NCBI RefSeq assembly: GCF_964204645.1 | Contig: NC_134025.1 | Coordinates: 22,362,299-22,426,298 of the forward strand | Direction of reading: 5' to 3' | DNA from: Tubulanus polymorphus | Taxonomy: Eukaryota > Animalia > Nemertea | DNA: 64,000 nt | Shown: positions 41,801 to 56,800 of the stretch, piece after piece | Position numbering within the stretch: the stretch's first letter is position 1 | How the letters are laid out: each line of letters opens with the position of its first letter | Translations under genes and position numbers: made by a program | The notes under the pieces: generated by a model | What the model was told of the DNA's origin: nothing | What the model saw: the letters and a program-made list of their open reading frames with translations, nothing else | Database searches by the model: none

Positions 41801-44800
41801 TTCTCTTACGATGTTTTGTTTAATGAATTCGCCTTTTGTTATGTCTGCTAGCCTTACATCAGTGAGCTGCTCGCTTTGATGATACGCGCGGTTAACAGTC
41901 ATTTTAAGATTTGGGGTTTTCCATTTCGTAACTATACGTTGTATCGTATATTGGCACACACGTATCCTCTATCACGTGAAGCTGCTTTTGTATTGAATCG
42001 GGCATCGCCGATCGAGATCGAAGAAAATCTGTCGTCCTAAACTCTCGAAGTCGAATTTCTCTCTAATTGCAGCGGCCCACGTCGTATCTCAACCGCCGGA
42101 CGTTACGAACACGACCGCGGCGAACACGACGTTACGAAGAGCCGACCGCGTCAACAGTCGATACGGCAGCTCCAACCACGCCCAGTCGGTTCGTATGACC
42201 GCGACCGGGCATATATCAGGATTAACCGAAGACGGTAAGTGGCGGCGTTATGTTTTTCGACCGTTCATCACTATTATCGTACTTTTTGTTATCGTTTCGT
42301 TTAAGCGCACGAAATTTCTGTTCATTCGATTATATGTTCGTAATTTGGAATTTCGAAAAAAAACAGACGGACAGATTTCGTGGCACTGATTAGTGGTTTC
42401 ATGGTTGTTTTCATGATTGCGCAACGTTTTTTTGCCGAGATAAATACGTATTCATCCCTCGATGGAGGCGCGAAATGCAATTGTCAATGCCATTAAACCA
42501 TGAATTATGAATTTTTGATTATCGCCATGTATATGCTCTGCGCAGTTCGTTGTATTTTGTATCTAAATATATATGTTTATATATATCTTGCATTATTGTG
42601 CACTTTTCAGGCACTGGACTTTATAAATCTTTCGGTCTTAAAATGCTCAATGGTAATTCGTAAAGACAAATAGCTATAAAGAAATTTCTTCTTGATCACT
42701 ACTGATCTGTCTTTCCTACACCTCTCCCTTTCCTAAGTGTTAATACAATAACGAAAATCAGCACTTTGAATCGATTTAGAAATATGGCTCGGGAATGTTC
42801 GTAAACTATGTACGTGACAATGCGGTATCCTACTTTGACGGGGTTCGCAGGGTATCGCTGTACCTATACTCCGGTGTAGCACTGCGGCGGAGTCAATGAT
42901 ACATACCATTAAGGTCGAATCAATGCATAGAATTGGAAAATTTGCTATTTTCAAATGCGTGCATTTAATCAAATATTCATACAGTCTATTTATGAATTAT
43001 TACACAATGCTTGGAATACAAACAGATCTGCCAACTGTTCCTGATTTTCAGTATTTGTTACTATCGTATAATGAGAAATACTGATTAGATTTTTACAATG
43101 CATATGGAACTATGAAAGATGTTATACCGTGGGTCTTGCTACGGATTAATTTGAACATTTTCTTACATGTTTCAATGAAATGTTGCTGAAAAATATTCAA
43201 ATTTTTATTGATAGCAATTTTCTGAGGTTGGCAGCCCGTATGTGATTTGGAAATAGGAACTGCGGAATATATATCTGAATTTCGCGTGCATACTTTACAA
43301 GCATTCCTCTCTGATAGATTCTGATTAAAAAGTCTGGACGCGTCTTCTTGACTCAGCTCATCCAGTAGTTTATACTGAAGCATTTACTTCTCTCACGTCA
43401 CGTACACACTCACCACATCTATATATATATATATATACATAGATACAATGTACATCTCTATTATTTCCTGTTCTCCTCTCTCATGATACTCTTGATACTT
43501 GTAGAAATATTTGGAATATGCAAACCGCCGATCTCTTTGTTTTATATTCAACCAAATGCAAACAGTTCTTTCCCTCGTTTCACGCACTAGCTAATCTACA
43601 GTTCTTTTCGTTAAGGGAGTAGCTTATTTTCTCTTAAGTAGTATGTAATTCACATTCGTTGAATGTTTTCTGAGATTGAGGAACGGTCTAAATGGGTTTT
43701 TTTTATATCATTTTCAAGCAAATATTTCCGTGAGAAGATTTTTTTAAATTTAAAAGTCATATGTCGATAATTTTCTCATGAGTCTTCTCTGCTGTTTTTT
43801 TTTTTTTTTCGTTGGAAAATTTCGTCAATATCCATCTCATTCTCTTGATATTTATTCCAGACAAACGGGCTGGCGGCAAAGTTTCAACCAAGATACAACA
43901 ATTACTGAATACGCTGAAGGTAAGCTATATTTTCTCTTTTCGAGTTTACATTTGATATCCCATGATAAAGAAGTGTTGGTCTGTATACACCGGTGAATCT
44001 GATTCGTTATCTTATAAATTAAACCATGGACTCCTCTGGGATAGAACCTGGTTATACCTTGAAAAACTCCGCCATATGAGTCAACATTTTTCAACGGCGC
44101 TACGAACGTGTATATTTATTCTATATCTTGTCGTTGAAGTTTCATTTTATTTGACACATTTTTATAAAAAATTTCAGATGTTCTTGAAATGCCTCTAGTA
44201 TTATTATGAGCCACAACGCTGACTCAGACGGTGTTTGTTCAGGCAAATAACCGTTGCAATACGTGTTCACGGAATCGAAATGAATGAAATATTCCTTATA
44301 CCGAAACTCAATTGACCCCGATATCGTCTCGTACATATGCATCTAATTCAAGAATAAATTTACGTAAAGATTCGTTACAAATATTGTATTGTTATTAGTC
44401 TCCTGCCTGCTATTCAGAGATGTAGAATCATGTCATTACGTAGACATTAAATATACCAAAAAAAATAAATGGTATTTATGTAACTGGGGTTGTGCACTGT
44501 TGGATGTCGACCTCAAGTCGGTCATCTAAAAAAATGCATGGTTCAAAGACTAAATTTCCTTGTACGATATATGACCAGTACTGTTCTGTCTGACCTCAAT
44601 TAGTCCCAAAAATATCAAATTGAATCTCAATTTTTATTTAGGCGCTATATCTTACGTCAAATTACTCCCATTATTGAGAAAGCTACTAGGTATACTAAAA
44701 TGGTCAGTTTGTGTGGGCCTCACTGAGTGAATCAAGAATATTAACGTGGTGTGTCCTTCAGAATAGTGCAGTTTGATGGCGTATCAACCCAGTACATCAA

Positions 44801-47800
44801 TTGCTGGTCAAACGCCATATCCATTAGGCCGTGATATCTAATATTCTTGACGATAACGTTATCTTGTGTTTCTATTATATGGTAAATAACGTCTACTGAA
44901 TTGAACGAAATCTGCCGCCCCTCCGCTAGACATGTGTTGGAATACACGTTTCGAATATTTTGAATATGGATATGAACCAGCTGGTATTTAGATATATATG
45001 TATATGACAACTATAACGAATGCAGGAGACCGTGAAACATGATATCTGCAAATAAAGAATCCTGAACATTTTTAAGATTTCGTAATGACGATGATTTTTC
45101 AAAATGTTTGTTAACCCTTCTAAAACCGTTTTTGTTCTATTGATTTTGGCAGAGACCGAAAAGACGTCCGTTGCAAGAATTTTTCATGGACGAAGAAGAG
45201 CCAGAGGTGACTCGTAAGTATTCAACTCGATAAATCGATAATGAAAAAATACCGCAGGAGTGGAGGCGGAGGAAAAAGAGGAATGAATGTCACAATGCCA
45301 CTCCAGTTTTACGTAAAAAGGAATTAAGATCAAAGCGCTGTTGAAGTGCGCGTCGTCGTAGCGTAGCGTAGGGTCGTGTCAATTCGTTTCTGATTTATCT
45401 TTTGATAGCTCCGCCTGTCGATCCAAATGCGCCGAAACCAGAAGGCAACACGATAACTCCGGCTATCGGAGAACAGCTCGTGGTAGGTATTTTTGAATTG
45501 CTCGCTTTAAACGAAACGTAAAGAAAAGATTGATTGAATACAAGAGGTTCTACTACAATGCATATTCTCCATTCGACAAGCTGTATGCAAAATTCTGATA
45601 GATTTTGTCGGAATCAGGGGCTGATCCAGACCCATACCAGTCAGTACTTGGCCATAATTTAGGGGCACCCTCAAGCAAAAGAGGTACCTAGTGATGTGAA
45701 CTCCAGCAGCACTTGCAGGGGTGTGGGGGTTCCAATAGCATCTGAACGTCAGATGCCGATGGTAATGCAAATTAGGAAGAAATATACCTCGGATCTGCCC
45801 TTGTTAATAAAAAGAATATTTCAAATAGATTCTACTACGATACATATATTCTCATTTCAAGCCATATGCAAAAATGCCGATGAATCAACTCCCACAACTA
45901 GTGGTAAACGAGCTCTAGTGTTGTTTATGTTTTATTATCGTGCTGCATTCATTGTATCATCTTGTCGATACGTAATTTTTACATCGGCAGATATTACGTA
46001 AATAGTGTATAATGTTCCGATGCATGTTTTCTACGATTATCGAACCGAAATTGACTGCAGAAGTTCGTTCTCCCAGTAGCTTAATGTTCCCTTCACTGCA
46101 TATCATTGTCCTTTTCACGAAATCTGTCACCCATCCTCTAGAAATGGTTTCCTTGTGTGTATTTTAGTACTTACCTCTTTATCCATAGTTATTGTTCTTT
46201 TCCTGGGCTTGGCTTTATAGAAAATATAGATTTAAGTCGAACATAGGCTAATTGATATCTTCCATTGTTAGTAGCGATTAGAATCCATAGAAATAGCTAA
46301 AAAAAGAATTGTATTTGCAAATGTTTATTCTTTAAAACCAGGCCCTGTTTTTGAAAATTCATTATTTTCAATATTTGCACAAACAAGACATGAATATGAG
46401 TAACTTGGAATGATTTACTTCTTATTTGTAAATCACCAATTTTCAGTTCTATGCATCCTATGAATTTTCCTCACTTAATCTTAACCTCACACCAGGAAGA
46501 TACGAAGTCTGTGGCTCACGCTATCTTTCTCGACTTATCGCGGCGCTTACAGCTAGATAATCGCGATGTATATGAATGTTGTAGGTACCGTCTGGACTAC
46601 CGCGAAATCTCGAATCAGCTATTCAACGATACGGAACTTCAACTTACAAGGCTCACTGCGTTACTGGGTTGGACCAGAATGGAAAACCTTCACTTAATTT
46701 AACTTATGGTCAGTAAATGAAAAGTGAACACCTCTATTTAGTGAACATCTTTAGTGAACACTTTTTGGCCAGAACAAAATTTCCCCTACTCATTTTCATG
46801 TAAACAGAACCTCCAGTTAGTGAACACCTCTCTATAGTGAACTGTGAACACTATTTCTGGTAACAAATGATAGTAAATAGTGGTCCCATCCCAGAATGTC
46901 TAGACAGTCAAAGTTTGCTAGTAGACTCATTGTTATCAGACTATATAGTATAGTTTTTGAATATAACCCATGGTCATTCAATGGCTAATGTTATTCATGC
47001 TTGATGAAAGTGAATTCATTTTCATTGTAGTAGTTATTCATTTTTCCATGCCTGTTAGATATCATAACATATGCTGGCTTCTCAAGTCCTTTTTGGTATA
47101 TCGCTTATGATGGCTATTGCTTGATGAGGAGCGAGAAATTGTCGATAGATTTTAATTGTTTCTGAGAAGAAATTGAGCGTAGGAAGACTGATTCTACCGA
47201 TTTCCTGAATTTCTCACTACGTCTTGAATTTCGCCGTTTCAGGAAAACTTCACAGCAGAACGCAGAAGATTGCGTATAATTTATTGAACAAATTAGGCCA
47301 CAAAGGCGAGTTTAATCTGAAGCCGGGAGACCGGGTGGCTTTGGTGTTCCCGAATAACGACCCAATTTCGTATATATGCTGCTTTTACGGCTGCATCATC
47401 GCGGGAGTCGTACCGGTTCCGGTAGAAGTGCCGCTCACTAAACGAGTAAGTACGTCGATTTAAAAACGATCATTGCAGTAATACGGCGCTTAACTTCAGT
47501 TCTGTTTATTGCTTTCAATCAACGGACTAGATGATGTTATTTTTATGTTTGTGTCGTTGCGTTGTTTGAATGGCAAATTAAGATGTTTTTATATGAAATG
47601 TTTTCAGGATGCAGGTGGTGCCGGTATTGGTTTTCTGTTGGGCAGTTTAAGCGTGTCTATTGCCCTGACATCGGAAGCTTGTTTTAAGGGTTTACCTCGA
47701 ATGCCGTCAGGTGAAGTCATTACATTCAAAGGTAAATACTGAAGAGATATCTCAAGGGTGTTCATCGTTTTCGAATGTAACTGTTTCACTAGACTCGTGT

Positions 47801-50800
47801 AACTCATTTTTTCAGGATGGCCGAGGCTGAATTGGTTCACGACGGACAACTTCAGTAAATCTTCAAAAGATTGGGCACCGCCTCCGAGACCAGCAGATGA
47901 TGCCCCAGCATATATAGAGGTTAGATTGGATTTATTTGCAGAATTAATCGATGAAGTTTTTATACGTTTAGAAAAATTGGAGACCACCAGGGGGAAGAGA
48001 ATCTAAGGAATTGCCCAGTTTAGAATTACATCTTTTTAGTTATGTCTGATTACATTTTTCCTATGATGAAGTTTTGCCGGGTTTCGTCAAATTACGCCAA
48101 CCGGTATATGAATTTCAACGCTATGTTGTTTTGTATTTCAGTATACGACGGGTAAAGATGGTAGCGTGATGGGTGTTACTGTTACCAGAGCGAATATGCT
48201 ATGTCACTGTCGAACATTGACCATAGCTTGCAATTATACGGAAGGTACAGATCATAACTGTCATTTTGCAGTTTAGTCGATTCTCGCGGATTAGAAGTTA
48301 TTAACCATGTTCATTTCGTCATTTTACAGGTGAAAATTTAGTTTGCGTTCTCGATTTTAAGAGAGATGTTGGTCTTTGGCATGGAATACTGACTGTAAGT
48401 TGGCCGCGGTTTATGTTGAAGTTACATGTATTTCATTAGTTATCTTGTATATGAGACATATGCGTATTTCTGACGTTATGCCGTGTTGTATTTCAGAGTG
48501 TGTTCAATGGCATGCATGTGATATTCATTCCATATTCCCTTATGAAAATCGATCCCGCGTCTTGGATGAAAATGATCACAAGATTCAAAGGTTAGATAAT
48601 CGGAAATGAGAACCCTCAATAACTGAAACAATTTAGTTATTTGGTTTCAATATTTGACAATCATATCTACGCGTATAGCTCTAATTCACCTTCACTAACT
48701 TATGTCCTGTTCTAAGTACCCGGTATGTTGCGAGTAATATTGTCGCTGGTTAAATGCCGCATGTTATGTGGAGATGATTTTAGGCAGTACAGAGTAGAAC
48801 TGTTCTGCTAAAATTCTATTGATACCTGTTTAATCAGTTACTGACAGTTCGAAATTAAATACGGTTATGAACATGATCTTTTCAGCTACGTGTGCAGTAG
48901 TGAAATCTCGAGATATGCACTGGGGTTTACTCGCCCAAAAAGACCACAAGGACATAAACTTTTCGACATTGCGCATGCTTTTGGTGGCAGACGGAGCTAA
49001 TCCATGTAAGTAGATGCTTTGTACTTGTGAATATTTATCAGTAAAATACACACCCCGGTCAAGCTTCAATACGGCTTCTAAATATCTAAGATCCCCTAAA
49101 ACTTTAGAATATATATGTACATACGTATGTACGCCTTGCTTCGGCTTACTGACATACTGGTGAGCTTATAAGATATATATCATAATCGTTTTCCAAGGGA
49201 GAAAATTGATTTGTCAAAATTGGAGAAGAAAAGTTTCTCGCGAAAAAGATGTTGGTGTATGAGATGTCTTGCTTTCTACTAGAGCGTAATACGAATAACT
49301 ATCGACACCTCTAAAGACAACTAATTGTTTTGCTAATTTTTCGATTGCGTGATCTCACACAGCGTTGTCAGAATAATCCGTTAGTGAGAAAGATTTCACT
49401 CAAGTATTCTCGCTCGTACTATTTCCATTTTTGCGTATATTCAATTCATTCTTCCGTAAGAATTTTATGGTGTTTTGATGGGTGGTGAGGGAAAGCACTA
49501 TATAGCTGCAGTGTAATATCTTAAACCTAGCTCAAGCTATGTGTGAATATATAACATACCAAGCAGTTCTAACTGCTTCAATGACTGCCTCGTGACGCCA
49601 AACGTACTGCCACCACACGCATTTTCTCTTGCCTTATTTTCTAGGTCACTTCGACTGCGATGAATATATCATTGCTCTTTTAGAAAGTTATGATAGTTAT
49701 CAAGGTTGGAAGGTTTTCTATATAATAACGGTCTTCGAAAAACGCTTTTTACCACCAGTTCTCATGCTTTGTTATCGCTCAACATTTCATCATACGCGCT
49801 CTTTAAATACGTTTTTTTACGTACTACTATATGACGTGCTTTGCGATCACACCGATCCGAGTGCCCGCACATTTGAGAGAAAAAAAAATTAACCGTCTCT
49901 TCTCACATTCTATAACACCCGTTCATTTCCTAATGAACCAACCCATCTTCGCTAAAAGATCATGTAGTGTTGGTTATGATTCGCGCTTGTGTCATTTTTT
50001 AAATGATTTTAGTAATGGTAGCATTAGAAATCGACGCAATTTCGATCGAAAGGATTTCTAGATTTTTTTTTTTTTACGAAATCAGAAAAAAAGCTTTAGC
50101 TTCCTGACAGTTTTGAATCTTCCAGTTACAGTGGTTTTAATTAAAGTACGGCGCATTCCAGGTTCGCTAGTCTTTTGGAAAATTTGAAAAAAAAATCTAA
50201 ACTTTTAGCTCCTGAAATCTCAAGTAGGCAGGTTTCGAATGAACATTTTCTGGTGTGAGAAAAGCAATTGAGGGGAAATGTTGACCGCCTATCAGACTTA
50301 TGGGATCGTTCTATGCTGAAATAGATTCAGTGCATTCTGGATAAAAAAAAGAATCACCAGACATAGAGTGCTTTCTGGATGAAACCAATTCACCAGAAGT
50401 GTATTCTGTATTCTAGAATCAGTTGAACTCAAACGAAACCTCCCGTAAATCTATAACCCAGATGACTGTAACAGAGATGTTTGACACTGGTTAGGAACTG
50501 TTGATTATCCTAAGACTAACGATATAATGTTTGTTGCTGTTTTACTAACCATTTTTTCTATTTCCTAAATCAGTAGTAATTAAAGGTTGTACTGTGTAGT
50601 TTGAATTAATTTTGCACCTAAGAAATCTTGCTGGATATTTTACTCTGATATCCAAAATGACATTCCCTAAATACTTTGATTTTATTCTCCTAAAAGAACT
50701 GTTGATTTTATTCTCCTAAAAGAACTGTTGATTTTGATATGTTTCAGGGTCTTTGACATCATGTGATTCGTTTTTGCAAGTCTTCCAAAGCAAAGGTTTA

Positions 50801-53800
50801 CAGCCAGAAGCTATTTGTCCTTGTGCCAGTTCCCCAGAAGGGCTCACAGTGTCAGTGCGAAGGTAAGCATTACTAGGAACTTGAATGGTCAGATGCCATC
50901 TAATTCCTACCTTCCACAATTCACTTTCCAAATGATACTTTTTTTGTGTCTGAATGATGGCACCACATGGTAAAGATGCCTGGAATTTTTTCAAAAATGT
51001 TGTTTACATTTCAGACCTGGCAGAGCTGGTTCTGGTAATACGGGAAGAGGGGTTCTATCTATGCAGGGTCTTAGCTACGGAGTTGTACGCGTAGATTCGG
51101 AAAACAGTTTGACTTCTTTGACACTGCAAGACTGTGGACAAGTGATGCCTGGAGGTACGAAGATTTTCCCTCAAAACGTTGATTCATTCATAATCTCAAA
51201 GTGACTATCTATCAATGTAATTTTCTCTTCCAATTTTAGCAATGACGGTTGTCGTACGAATCGATGGTCCACCATATCTATGCAAGACTGACGAAGTCGG
51301 CGAAATATGTATCAGTGCTGGTTACACTGGAAATTACTACTGGGGATTAGAAGGAATAAGCAATTCTACTTTCAAAGTAATTAGTCGGTTCATCCTTCTT
51401 TTGAAAATAGATTCATTGAAATGCTGAAGTGATACTGCTTCTCCGATAGATTCTAAATATTTGATTCATGTTTGTTTCAGGTATTGCCATTAGGTACAGG
51501 CAGTAGTCCTGTTACTGAGAAAAGTTTTGTCCGGACAGGCCTTCTCGGTTTCCTAGGTCCGGTAAGTATCGACTTCCGAAGCGCGCTTCACCAAAGCTTT
51601 TTCTCAGCTGGTTTTTCGTAACTGATGAATAATCTTGCAACTATTACAGGGTGGACTGGTATTTATTTGCGGAAGTCGCGAAGGTTTGATGACCGTCGGC
51701 GGCAGACGGCATAACACCGACGATATCATCGCTACAGTTTTAGCCGTCGAACCAATGAAATTTATCTATCGCGGCAGGTAAGGCATTTCATACGAAATCG
51801 CAGTAATCATATTATTCGAAATGATCGCTCCTGATACCGGCTTGTTAAATTTTCTATTTTAGGATAGCCGTATTTTCTATAAAGGTGCTCCGTGATGAAC
51901 GAATTGTGATAGTAGCTGAACAGAGACCCGACTGCACTGAGGAAGAGGTCAGATATTTTAGATACATAATTTTCTTCATTGATAAGTGATATGATTATTT
52001 TTAGCATTTAGTGTTTTTGAAATCAGATCCTAGGTCCAATAACGTGATAAAACTACGCAATAAATCTCACTCTTGAGAATGGTTTTTAGGATAAAACCGA
52101 AAATTCGAGGTTTTAATAAATTCTTTATAGTTTTGATGTTTCTCTTTCGAACTTGTGACTGTAGGACTCATATTTCATTTCTTTCCTAGGTCCCATGTTG
52201 AAACGAAAATGAATTTGTACGTTTGTATTTTTCAGAGCTTCCAATGGATGAGTCGGGTCCTGCAAGCTGTTGACAGTATACACCAAGTGGGTGTTTACTG
52301 TTTAGCTCTAGTCCCACCAAATTATCTACCTAAGGTATAGCCAAACTTATACGGAACGGACCATTGTCAGATTTAGCATCGGTCCAAAAATGGATCTTAC
52401 AAACGACGAAATTTTCATACGAAACGTTCATACTTTTCGTTGCGCTATTTCAGACGCCGTTAGGTGGTATACATCTCCATGATACGAAGAAGAAATTCCT
52501 CGATGGCTGTCTCCATCCGGCGAATGTACTCATGTGTCCGCATACTTGCGTAACCAATTTACCAAAACCCCGAGAAATCCATTCAAGTAAGAGCGCAATC
52601 TACGAATTCGCTTGAAGCATCGACTGATTGAGAAAGGGCGTTTAAAATGTGAATCCGATTCTCTTTTCAGATGTCGGTCCATCCGCCATGTACGTGGGCA
52701 ACATTGTCCAAGGTGCTCGCATGGCATGGGCTCAGGGTAGGGATATCGGAGTCATTGATGAGGACAGTGACTCCGCCCGTAAGGTAGGCCAAAATGTAAG
52801 ATCATCGTCATTTTTCATAGGGTTCTTCGGGCGGGGATTCTTCGATCATTTAATCGCATAGTCACTCATACTTTCAACCATTAACTCAAAATCACCGCTT
52901 TCGAAAAGAAAGATATTTCGGCTTTACAATTGTATCATTCATGCTCAATACCATTTAACATTCCTTCATCATGATTTGAAAATAGTTGAGATTGTCAGTT
53001 ATTCATTTATATGCATTACTTATTGATATGATTCTGTACCGTCATTTTAGCAACACCAGTTCCTGACGGAAATTCTAAAATGGCGATCGGGTACAACTCC
53101 AGACCATATACTCTTCACTATGATGAACGCTAAGGTAAATGAAATGATCCTACGAACCGATTAATGTAAATCGAAGTTATGTTGTTATAGCTGGATATCG
53201 GAATGAATGAATTTCTGTTCGTAGGGTCAAGCCCAGGTGACGATGACTTGTTCCCAGTTACACAAGAAAGCCGAAAGAATTGCTTCTATGTTGATGGATA
53301 AGTCAAAATTAAACACAGGCGACCATGTAGCCCTTGTGTATACACCAGGTAGGTCAAGCGTTGATACTTCCTTAGCAATGTCTAATGTTTCCAATCGTAG
53401 GCCTATGTCATTAGGTTCTTGGCATATGATACAGTCACGGCATTTAATGAGAGATCACTAAAATCTAAAATATTGCATTTGTAAAATCAATCCGTTAATA
53501 TCTTACATATCTTACATATTGGACTGTAGGGAATAGTTGGGGGGAAGCAAGTCAAATGAAAGTGGAAAAGTGGCCATCCTCATCTCTCGGTATTTTTAGA
53601 TATAATTTGCCTTAAAAAAAGTATTTCTGTTACAGGTGTTGATTTGATAGCTGCATTTTATGGTTGTTTATACGCCGGATGCGTACCAGTAACTGTTCGT
53701 CCACCTCATCCTCAAAACATTACCACTACGCTGCCAACTGTGCGAATGATTGTCGAAGTCAGTAAATCAGTGGCAGTTCTATCAAACTCACTGACAATCA

Positions 53801-56800
53801 AGCTCCTCAAATCAAAAGTACGTAGCATGATACAACAGAATTTAGATTTAGACTGCATTCAATTTCATATAGTTAAATCGGGTCTTCACTTAACACCTCT
53901 GCTCAAATCATTAAAAGCATTAAAGCAGGGGGTTTTCAAATGATATCGAACCTATTGCTGTGATAATTCAATTGCCCCCAGAAGTTTGATTTTCTGGCTA
54001 GGGTAGTCTATCAATATAATAAAATGCGAAAGTACAGTATTTTTCCATCAAGTACTTATTGTATTACAATATGATGGTTATATTTGTGTATTAGGAAGCA
54101 GCTGTGATTGTCGATGTAAAAACATGGCCAGCTTTACTAGACACGGATGATTTGCCGAAGAAGAAAATTGCGTCTATATACAGAGCCCCGACCCCTGAGA
54201 TGCTGTGTTATTTAGACTTCAGTGTATCGACTACTGGCATGTTGGCCGGAGTCAAGGTATGAATAATGTAATGCGTCCTATTTCTGCCTCGATTCTCGGG
54301 AGGGTTTTGTAACTGGCATTGTGAATAATGATACCAAGATAAGATGCCAAACTGTACTTAGCGGTGTCGATGAATTTATCTATCGGTTAATGTGAATTCG
54401 CCAGCAGCCTGAAATGGCTCTTCTGGTCTTAATGCTCCTACCACGGTTGCATAAGGATGAATCCCTGATTTTTAAGATGAAGTAAAGGTTTCCTTGGCTC
54501 AATGATTGATTCAATTTAGAATTCATGAGGTACATATGCACCTAATGTGGCTGCAGATGGTCACCATCAAAATTAGTTTCTTGTAACTCGTTCATTCGAA
54601 AAGTATTGTGAAGTTTAGATTTTACCAAAGAAGTTCAAAACGTCGCTCTCGACGTAGCAGAATACATAGTAGTACATAATATTGTTAAATCCATGTTGAC
54701 TTTATCGGTATACTGAATGAGGTATTCTTATTTTATAGTGTTCTCATGCAGCTGTGTCGGCTCTGTGTCGATCTGAGAAGTTACAATGTGAACTATATCC
54801 ATCACGCGATGTATGTCTATGTTTAGATCCGTACAGTGGACTTGGTTTTGTATTATGGTGTCTCAGCAGGTGTGTTCTTCTACCTTCGCATACGTATTTC
54901 ATAAACCTTACCTTATTAAGTCTGTTCTTACATGTAACTTGATTCTTGTTAATCTATTGTCTATTGCAGTATTTATTCAGGTCACCATTCCATTCTGATT
55001 CCACCGACTGAGGTCGAATTAAACCCTGGTCTATGGCTTACGACTGTCAGTCAGTACAAAGGTAAATTCATAGAAAATCATCAGACTTAGCAATGATCAG
55101 AAAAGAGAATTTTCAAACCACATAACAGAGCGCCGATTTCGATTTTCAACCTGGGGTCGGAATTTCCCCTATTTCTACTCATTTTGATGGGTCTGCAAAA
55201 GGTAGAAAGAATTCGTAAGCTTCTGCTCTATGAATTGATGTGGGAAAATCTTGCTGTGCTAAATACAGATTTCCATATAAATCTATATGGGTTGGCAGTC
55301 TGCGTATCCCTGTGCAGATGTAGACCTATGTCATTCAACACTCGAGGTGTTAACAGTACAACAATTATCTTGCAGACAACATTTCTCCATTTCAGTGCGA
55401 GATACGTTTTGTTCGTACGGCGTAATGGAATTGTGTAGTAAAGGACTCGGTACGTCGACCGCTGCATTGAAGGCTAAAGGCGTCAATTTATCGTGCGTTC
55501 GAACGTGCGTAGTAGTCGCCGAGGAGCGTCCGCGTATGCATCTCACTACCAGTTTCACCAAGTTGTTTTCGGGATTAGGTTTATCGCCTCGAGCCGTAAG
55601 CACCAGTTTCGGCTGTCGCGTGAACGTCGGCATTTGTTTACAGGTAAAGAAATGGACGATGAATATCTCCATTAATATGTCATTAGAATTAATGTACCTA
55701 TATAAAAGCAAGGTTGAAGGGTTTACTGGTACTTTTTGCACTGTCATCATTGGATAGATGAAAAATGATAACAATGGAATAAACTCACTTTGTAACATAG
55801 GCCTAGCTATCTTCATTGTAACCAATTAAGTGTCAGAAAAAAGCCACCTGGCAACGTTCTATCTAAACACCTCTGGTAGCGCTGCAAACTTTTTGCAGAA
55901 CCCTTAGATCTCTCATCCCGAAGACTTTGAGGGTTAACAGTAACAAGGGCATGACTAATCTGTCCTGTCTTCTCTACCATGCAGCACCAGTCCAGTGTTT
56001 TTCTGTTTTGTCGTTTGGTAATTTATCAAAAAGTCCACCTTGTAGTACATGTAGATAATTTCTGCTGATAATAAATGTTAATTATGTATATCGATCATTT
56101 CTAGGGAGCATCCAGTCCAGATATAACCACCGTATTCGTAGATACGCGCGCTTTACGCAACGACAGGGTGGCACTCGTTGAAAAAGGCAGTCCAAATAGT
56201 TTGTGTCTGATGGAATCAGGGAAACTTTTACCAGGTGTGAAAGTTGTGATAGCTAATCCAGATACAAAAGGCCAGTGCGCCGATTCCCATTTAGGGGAGG
56301 TAAGTTTACTGACATTATATATTAAATGGAGTTGTCAGTGGTTTACCTTTAACGACTGGAAATGAATGCTTCTCTTTTTAGATCTGGGTGTCCAGTCCCC
56401 ATAATTCCTCAGGTTATTTTACGATATATGGTGATGATTCATTGCATGGGGACCATTTCTCTGCTCATCTAGCTACGGGTGATACAGCGACTGCGTACGC
56501 GAGGACCGGTTTCCTGGGTTTCGTTCGTCGTACGGAACTAACTCAATCCGATGGAGGTGATTATTGTTGTTTGAATGTTTTTAAAAAACATTTATACAGC
56601 TACTTGAAGAGTTTTGATGAAGAATATTTTTCTGACCCTCTGTATAAAATATATACACCCAGATGTCGCACAATTTAGACGATATTTTGATGGTCAACAA
56701 AGACCTGAGTGAAGTCAATTTTGCTATTATGAATACTATGAAGTCTACACAGACAATATATGTGAATTTCTACAATTACTGTAATTATACTGTGATGATT

